From NCBI GenBank assembly GCA_963707985.1, contig CAVPRW010000035.1, positions 64,001-128,000 of the forward strand: DNA of 64,000 nt. The letters are read 5' to 3'. Positions within the stretch are counted from its first letter, which is position 1; each line of letters starts with the position of its first letter. Made by a program: the position numbers and the translations under genes. The stretch comes from an uncultured Nitrospinota bacterium. GTDB lineage: Bacteria; Tectomicrobia; Entotheonellia; J063; CAVPRW01. The notes below the pieces were generated by a model. That model was not told where the DNA came from, searched no databases, and saw nothing but the letters and a program-made list of their open reading frames with translations. Of this stretch, positions 58,007 to 64,000 are shown one piece after another.

Positions 58007-59296
58007 ATGAACTCGCACGCGGCGGCCATAAGGCCCGCGTCTTACGGGTACGGCACCATCCTGGCGGGCGCTGCGGATGAGGCACGCAAGTCCACCCAGG
58101 GACGCCGCATGATCCGTGAACGCGTCATGGCTCTGGGCCAGGACAGCATCTATAACCTCACCGGCCTGGTCCGCACCTTCCCACTCCAACCCCAGGATCT
58201 CGAGCCCCTGGAGAACCAGTTTACCTACTACACCCACTTCCTCGGGCGTGCCGAACCTCTGGCGCTGCACTACACGGGAGCCGATCCGGAGGCGTGCAGC
58301 GCCGTCCTGTGCAACCGCGTCAGTGCCGCGATGCTCGCCATCATGCTCGGCACCCTCAAGCCCGGGGAGCGCGTCCTCTCCCTCGTCGCCCAGGGGCGTT
58401 CGCACCCGTCGGTGCAACAGGCGGTCGAAGTGATGGGGGGAACGTTTCACGAGGTGCAGGGGCTAGCCGCCCTGGAGCGTGCCATGCACGAGAGCCCCTG
58501 GCATATGCTGGCCATCACGCCGCTCACGCCGTCCATGTACCATCTGCCCGCCGCCGACGTGGCTGTCGCCATTGACATGGCCAAGGCGGCACAGCTGGTG
58601 GTCTTCGTGGATGACGCCCACATGATGGCGCGCAGCGTCTTTTACGACGAACCTGTGGCGTTTGGCCTGGGAGAGATTGACGTCGCCGTCTGGTCACTCG
58701 ACAAGCACGTCCCTGGTCCGCGCGGCGCCGCGATCGTGGGCCGCCAAGACCTCATGCAGTCCATCATGGCGCAGGCGTTTCAGTTTGGCCTAGAAGCGCA
58801 GTCAGGCCACTACGTAGCGATGCTGCGCGGGATGGAAGCCTTCGACCCGGCACCGATACGGCAGGCCGGGGCGTTAGCCCGCACCCTTTTCCAACGGCTT
58901 AGTGCGATGTTTGGCACCCGGCTCTATCAAGGTGGCCCTGGCGTGTCGTTCTCGGCCGACGATTTTAGCGAGGTAGTGTATGCGCGGGCACGGACGCGGC
59001 AGACCCCCCTGGTGCCGGCGGAGATCGCCATTGCGGGCTGCTTTCTATTGTTGCAGCACCACGGCGTCATCACCATCCCCATTACCGGCTACCCTGGCGC
59101 CGCCCCGACATTCCGCTTGATGATGCACCCGGACGGCAGGCGCTTGGGACTCGACCGCCTGGAACGGGCCATCGACGACACGTTTGATCGCACCGCCGGG
59201 CTGTTGCAGCAACCCGCCGCCGTGAAAACGCTCCTCCTGGGCGAGGAGCAGCGTGCGGAGGAGATGCCCCCATGGTGGCAAGGCAGAGCGAGATGA
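58007..59296 (+). CDS. PLP-dependent enzyme, SelA-like/MJ0158 family
   Basis: YNLTGL, NRVSAA, SHPSV, VDDA, SLDK(PLP)HVPGPRG, FGLEAQ; AGGAGG SD. Confidence 0.78.
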   Translation: MNSHAAAIRPASYGYGTILAGAADEARKSTQGRRMIRERVMALGQDSIYNLTGLVRTFPLQPQDLEPLENQFTYYTHFLGRAEPLALHYTGADPEACSAVLCNRVSAAMLAIMLGTLKPGERVLSLVAQGRSHPSVQQAVEVMGGTFHEVQGLAALERAMHESPWHMLAITPLTPSMYHLPAADVAVAIDMAKAAQLVVFVDDAHMMARSVFYDEPVAFGLGEIDVAVWSLDKHVPGPRGAAIVGRQDLMQSIMAQAFQFGLEAQSGHYVAMLRGMEAFDPAPIRQAGALARTLFQRLSAMFGTRLYQGGPGVSFSADDFSEVVYARARTRQTPLVPAEIAIAGCFLLLQHHGVITIPITGYPGAAPTFRLMMHPDGRRLGLDRLERAIDDTFDRTAGLLQQPAAVKTLLLGEEQRAEEMPPWWQGRAR

Positions 59297-60297
59297 TCGC
59301 CAATGTGCAACGCTTGCACGAGCATATGGATCGTGACGGCTGCGCCGCCCTCGTCGTGCGGTCGGGAAAGAATGTGACCTATCTGGCGGGCTTCGCCTAT
59401 CCATGGACCTTGGCCCGGCACCTCGATTTCCCCGATTCCCCCTGTGAGGTGCTGCTCGTGTGGCCCCGCCACGACGAGCCCGTGCTCATCGTCAACCACT
59501 ACGCCGCCCCTCTGGCCCGGCGGGACTCCTGGCTCCGACGTCTCGAAATCTATGATGACTACGCCGAATCACCCTATACGCGCACGGCCGATGTGCTCAC
59601 ACAGATGGGGCTGGACCGGGAGACCGTCGGCTTCGAGAAAACCTACCTCAGCGCTGCACGCTGGGAGGAGATCCGCGGACTGCTCCCCAAGGTCAGGATA
59701 GTCGATTGCACGGAAATGATGGCGCAGGTCCGGTGGGTCAAAACCCCTGGGGAGATCGCCCGCTTAAAGGAGGCGGCTGACCTCCTGGACGAGGCCTATC
59801 TGGAAGTCTTTCCCACGGTCGTGGCGAGGGAGACCGAGCGGGACGTCCATAGCCGTCTGGTGGCGAGCTGCATCCGCCGCGGGGCGCAGTGGGCGCATGG
59901 CATTCTCAACTCCAGCCGCAACACGGTGGCCTACGGAGGCGAAGGAGACACCGTGTTCCAGCCAGGGGATATCATTCGCAACGATTACGTGGCCTATTAT
60001 CGCGGCTATCCAGGCTATCCAGGGCATCAGTCGCGCACAGTTATCCTCGGCAGACCGTCGGAGGAACAGAAAAAAACGTATGTCATCATGCGCGACATGT
60101 ATCGGCGCACCATCGAGCAATGGCGGGTGGGTGTGTCCGCTAGCGCCATCCATGCCTTTGCGGCGGAGCAGTTTCGCCACCATGGCTACGGCGATCGCGT
60201 GTCACTGGTCGGGCATGGGGTGGGGCCCTAGTGGCATCAACAGGAGCCCTATCTTGTAGGCACCTGTCAACAGCCGTTGGAGGACGGCATGGCCCTA
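59272..60297 (+). pseudogene. M24 (Xaa-Pro peptidase/creatinase-like) protein, inactivated
   Basis: NVTYLAG, RWVKTPGEI, GHGVG; TAG at 60229, 9-bp duplication (YPGYPG), IS630 insertion. Confidence 0.8.
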
Positions 60298-61533
60298 GTG
60301 TCGCTGGCACGAAGTCATGCAAGTCATTTAAGTAGCGTGCTTCGCGAACCATGTTCGCATGTTTTGATTGGTCCACGTCCATTCGAATGGACTCGCATAC
60401 AGCCGGTTGTCTTCCGGCCAGGAGGCGTTGATATGGGCGATACACTCCTGCCGCTCATGCCATGCCCCACGCTTCAGATCATGATCACTGAACGCATGGT
60501 TCAACAACTCTGCTTGGTTCAGCCAGGAGGCCTGCGCGGGTGTGAAGCGGGGCCGCCACCACCAGGGGAACGGTCGGCAGTACTCTCGGGTGCGCGCGGC
60601 GGTATGGCTGGGATCGCCATCCTGGATGAGGAACACCCCCCGCAGCCACCGGTGGCGCTGTCGAAACCGCCTCAGTGCGTGGATGGAGTGCTCGGCATCT
60701 TTTTGGGCCACACACGGCTTCCATCCGCCCGGTGTGGACGATCAAGCACACCAGCACGTTGACCGTCCCATGTCGCCCGTAGTCGAATGCCTGCTGTGCA
60801 ATGGCGCCAGGGATCGCACGCCGGAGAGAGGTGCATTCCAAAATCTGCACAGTGGGCATCTCGTCAACGCACACCACCCACCTGCCGGTGTGAGCCAAGC
60901 CGACGGCCTTGGCATCGCACCACAGCACCTGTTCGGCACGGACCCTGACGTGGTCATCCAAGCGGGCAGTCTTCCAATACCGCGTGCGATGCGGTCGCAG
61001 GTCCACCTCCCGCAAGATCTGGCGCATCGTGCGGGGGCTGATGGCGGCAACCATGCCGTCGGCGACCACGACCTGAGCCAAAGCCCGGCTCGACCAGTGC
61101 GTGATGTGCCACCCCTGGGCCATGGGCTCCAGGCCAGCCAATTCGACGATTTGAGCCCGCTGCAGGGGGGGAAATCTGCTGGGGACGCCCCGCGCGCGGA
61201 GCGTCCCTCAGCAGGGCTGCCAGTCCCCCCTGCTCATCGCGACGACAGCGTCGCCAGACCGTGGCCTCATGACACGGCAGCTGGCGGGCCACCGTTGGCG
61301 GGCGTTGTCCAGCACCAACAGCCAACATCATCCGGGCATGTTGCACCTGAAACCAAGGGAGGGACCGGCTACGAGCCATGCTTTGGAGAAGCGGGACATC
61401 GGCAGCTGCGATCTTCAGCGGACGAGGCTTTCGACCACGCATCGGGCCACCTCCTGTGCTGGGACTCAGGTACGCTTCGTCCCAGTATCGCCACTTGCCC
61501 TGAATTTCTTGCATTACTTCGTGCCGGAGACAC
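60298..61533 (-). mobile_element. IS630-family element with both ends intact
   Basis: Imperfect TIRs GTGTC.C.GGCACGAAGT.ATGCAAG; flanking TA duplication; HTH ORF from 61442, slippery TTTCCCCCCC, DDE motifs VDE / QD / NQAE. Confidence 0.88.
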
Positions 61534-61699
61534 TAGGGCCATCAGCCTCCACACGAGGGAGACATGCTCTGCGGTGTGGGTCCACACCGGTCGTGTTCGG
61601 GCCACGTGCCCGACATCAGTGACGGGAACATACGAGGGGAAGGGGGTCCGGGAAGCAGCGGTCCGCGATCGTATACGTATATACCTGAGGGGTCGCGGC

Positions 61700-61935
61700 A
61701 TGTTCACAGGCCTACGACCTCCGGTGTGATCTTCCATGGCGAGCGATGGGCGTTGAAGGCTTTGGCCTGATGCCGCTGTACGTCGACCCCCATGGCAGCA
61801 AAGAGCCGCCGGTTGTGCCGATGCCCACGCATCCAGCACCGTTCCCGTGCGACGATGTCCTTGATGACGCCTGGCATAGGCTCTACGGTCTGGCCGCGCC
61901 GCTGGCGCAGGAGACGATTGACCGGCCGATTCAGC
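61700..61935 (-). mobile_element. DDE transposase C-terminal remnant (IS5/IS1182-like)
   Basis: RQRRGQTVEP…IKDI…RCWMRG. Confidence 0.45.
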
Positions 61936-62231
61936 ACGCTGAGCCTCGTGAGTGAACTGAGCCGGATGGGACGCTCCGTGGGGGACCTCATCACCTGGGT
62001 GCCGTCCCCGGCGGGAACCCACGCGGGTCATCGCTCTTCACCGCCGCGCCACCAACAATGCCATGGCATGGCCCATCCCAGCCGGGGGCTGGTCTACCTA
62101 GCCGGATTCGGCCGGGCAGCGGTGGAACAGCCCGAGGCGTACAGTCGTGGATGCCCTCCGCGCAACCAGCGAGGTCACGCGTCGTCGACCTCCCAGGGCC
62201 TTTGTCCTCTTCACCCGAACGGAGGAACCTT

Positions 62232-64000
62232 ATGGAACGCTACGTGTGCATTCATGGCCACTTCTACCAGCCCCCTCGGGAGAATCCCTGGCTGGAGGCC
62301 ATCCAACTGCAGGATTCGGCCTCTCCCTATCACGACTGGAACGAGCGGATCGCCGCCGAATGCTACGCGCCCAACGCCGCCTCCCGGATTCCTGGACGGC
62401 GAGGGTCGCATCGTCAAGATCATCAACAACTATGCCAGGATCAGCTTCGACGTGGGCCCGACGCTGCTCTCCTGGCTTGAACACACCACACCGGAGACCT
62501 ATCAGGCCATTCTGGCGGCGGACCGCGAGAGCCAGAAGAGCTTCTCGGGACACGGCTCGGCGTTGGCGCAAGCGTACAACCATATGATCCTGCCCTTAGC
62601 GAATCGACGTGACCAGTATACGCAGGTTCTCTGGGGGATTCGGGATTTCGAGCATCGCTTCGGCCGAAAGCCGGAGGGGATGTGGCTCCCCGAAACCGCG
62701 GTGGATCTGGAGACCCTTGACATCCTGGCAGCGCTTGGGATCCACTTCACGATCCTCGCCCCCCATCAGGCCAGCCGGGTGCGAATCATCGGCGATCCCA
62801 CCTGGAGCGACGTCAGCGGAGGACGGATCGACCCCACCAGGCCTTACCTGCTGCGCCTTCCCTCGGGACAGCGGATCACCCTCTTCTTCTACGACGGCCC
62901 CATCTCCAGGGCGGTGGCCTTTGAGGGCCTGCTCACCGACCGGAGAACACTTCGCCGACCGGCTCGTGAGCGCCCTGTCGCAGGAGCGCATATGGCCTCA
63001 GCTCGTCCATATCGCCACCGACGGTGAGACCTACGGCCATCACCACCGGCATGGTGACATGGCCTTGGCGTATGCCCTCAATTACATCGACTCGAATTAT
63101 CTCGCGCGCCTCACGAACTATGGGGAATATCTCGAAAAGCACCGCCCCACGCACCTCGTGGAGATCATCGGGAACACCTCCTGGAGCTGTACCCACGGGA
63201 TCGAGCGGTGGCGGAGTGACTGTGGATGCCACTCGGGAAGTCACCCGGCTTGGCATCAGACCTGGCGGACCCCACTGCGGGAGGCCTTGGATTGGCTCAG
63301 GGACACCCTGGCTCCACGCTACGAGTCGCGTATGGGCCAGCTCCTGAGGGATCCCTGGGAGGCCCGGAACGACTACATCAACGTCATCCTTGATCGCTCG
63401 TCGGAGAGCGTGGAGCGGTTCTGGGCCCAGCATGCCGTCCGCACACTCCCTGAGGCGGACCAGATCACGGTCCTCAAGCTCCTGGAGATGCAGCGCCACC
63501 TGATGCTCATGTACACCAGCTGTGGCTGGTTCTTCGATGAGCTGTCAGGGATTGAAACGGTGCAAGACCTCCAGTATGCCGGGCGAGCCGTTGAACTGGC
63601 GGAGGCGCTCTTCTGCGAGCCCATCGAGTCGTCCTGGCTCGAACGGCTGGTGCAGGCGCAGAGCAACATCCCTGAGCACCGAGACGGCGCCCACATCTAC
63701 CAGACGGTCGTGAAGCCGGCCATGGTCGATTGGGAGCGGGTCGGCGCCCATTACGCCGTGAGCTCCTTGTTCGAGGAGTATCCCGAGCGGACACGTATTT
63801 ATGGCTATACGTTCGACCGCGAGGACGACCAGCGCGTTGAAGCGGGGAAGGCGAAGCTCATTGTCGGTCGGGCGCTCGCCACCTCCGACACGACCCGCGA
63901 GGCCGCCAGGTTGAGCTTTGGCGTCCTGCACATCGGCGACCATCACATCAACGGCGGGGTCCAACGGTTCCGGGGTGAGGAGGGCTATCGCGTGCTGGTG
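62232..64000 (+). CDS. GH57-type glycoside hydrolase with DUF3536 (frameshifted, runs off window)
   Basis: CIHGHFYQPPRENPW, GMWLPETAVD, ATDGETYGHH, SWSCTHGIERW, MYTSCGWFFDE. Confidence 0.9.

Noticed and set aside
60229..60231. In-frame TAG in the M24 gene as pyrrolysine or readthrough
   Set aside because: Fits a TGG>TAG mutation in a gene also hit by a duplication and an IS; no pyl genes in the window

Overview
GC-rich bacterial DNA that looks like a low-coverage long-read consensus. Many genes carry single-base frameshifts, and 31457-31815 is a probable artefactual purine tract. The gene content is reminiscent of Ca. Tectomicrobia/Entotheonella-like bacteria (inference only). (1) 1-12500: catabolic/redox genes (hydrolase, SDR, two amidohydrolases, flavin hydroxylase, molybdo-hydroxylase large subunit), IS/HNH debris, a diadenylate-cyclase-fold gene with a structured leader, and a glutaredoxin. 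(2) ~12465-31157: an ~18.7-kb type III BREX island on the minus strand (brxF-brxC-[RecD-like helicase-nuclease]-pglXI-[AlbA_2/HATPase/wHTH]-[TA remnant]-brxHII-pglZ-brxA) with a divergent XRE regulator. Its most novel-looking part is a ~1200-aa putative reader-helicase-nuclease gene coupled to brxC inside the core. (3) 32030-40525 and 53320-60300: LLM, PLP and amidase genes around two UGSC-family selenoprotein modules, each with an in-frame UGA and an identically spaced SECIS-like hairpin; one module is divergent from an MJ0158/SelA-like PLP enzyme. (4) 42500-53300: mostly pseudogenes, IS remnants and MITE-like repeats. (5) An IS630 element with both ends intact, and a GH57/DUF3536 gene running off the right edge. 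No rRNA, tRNA or CRISPR array was seen.
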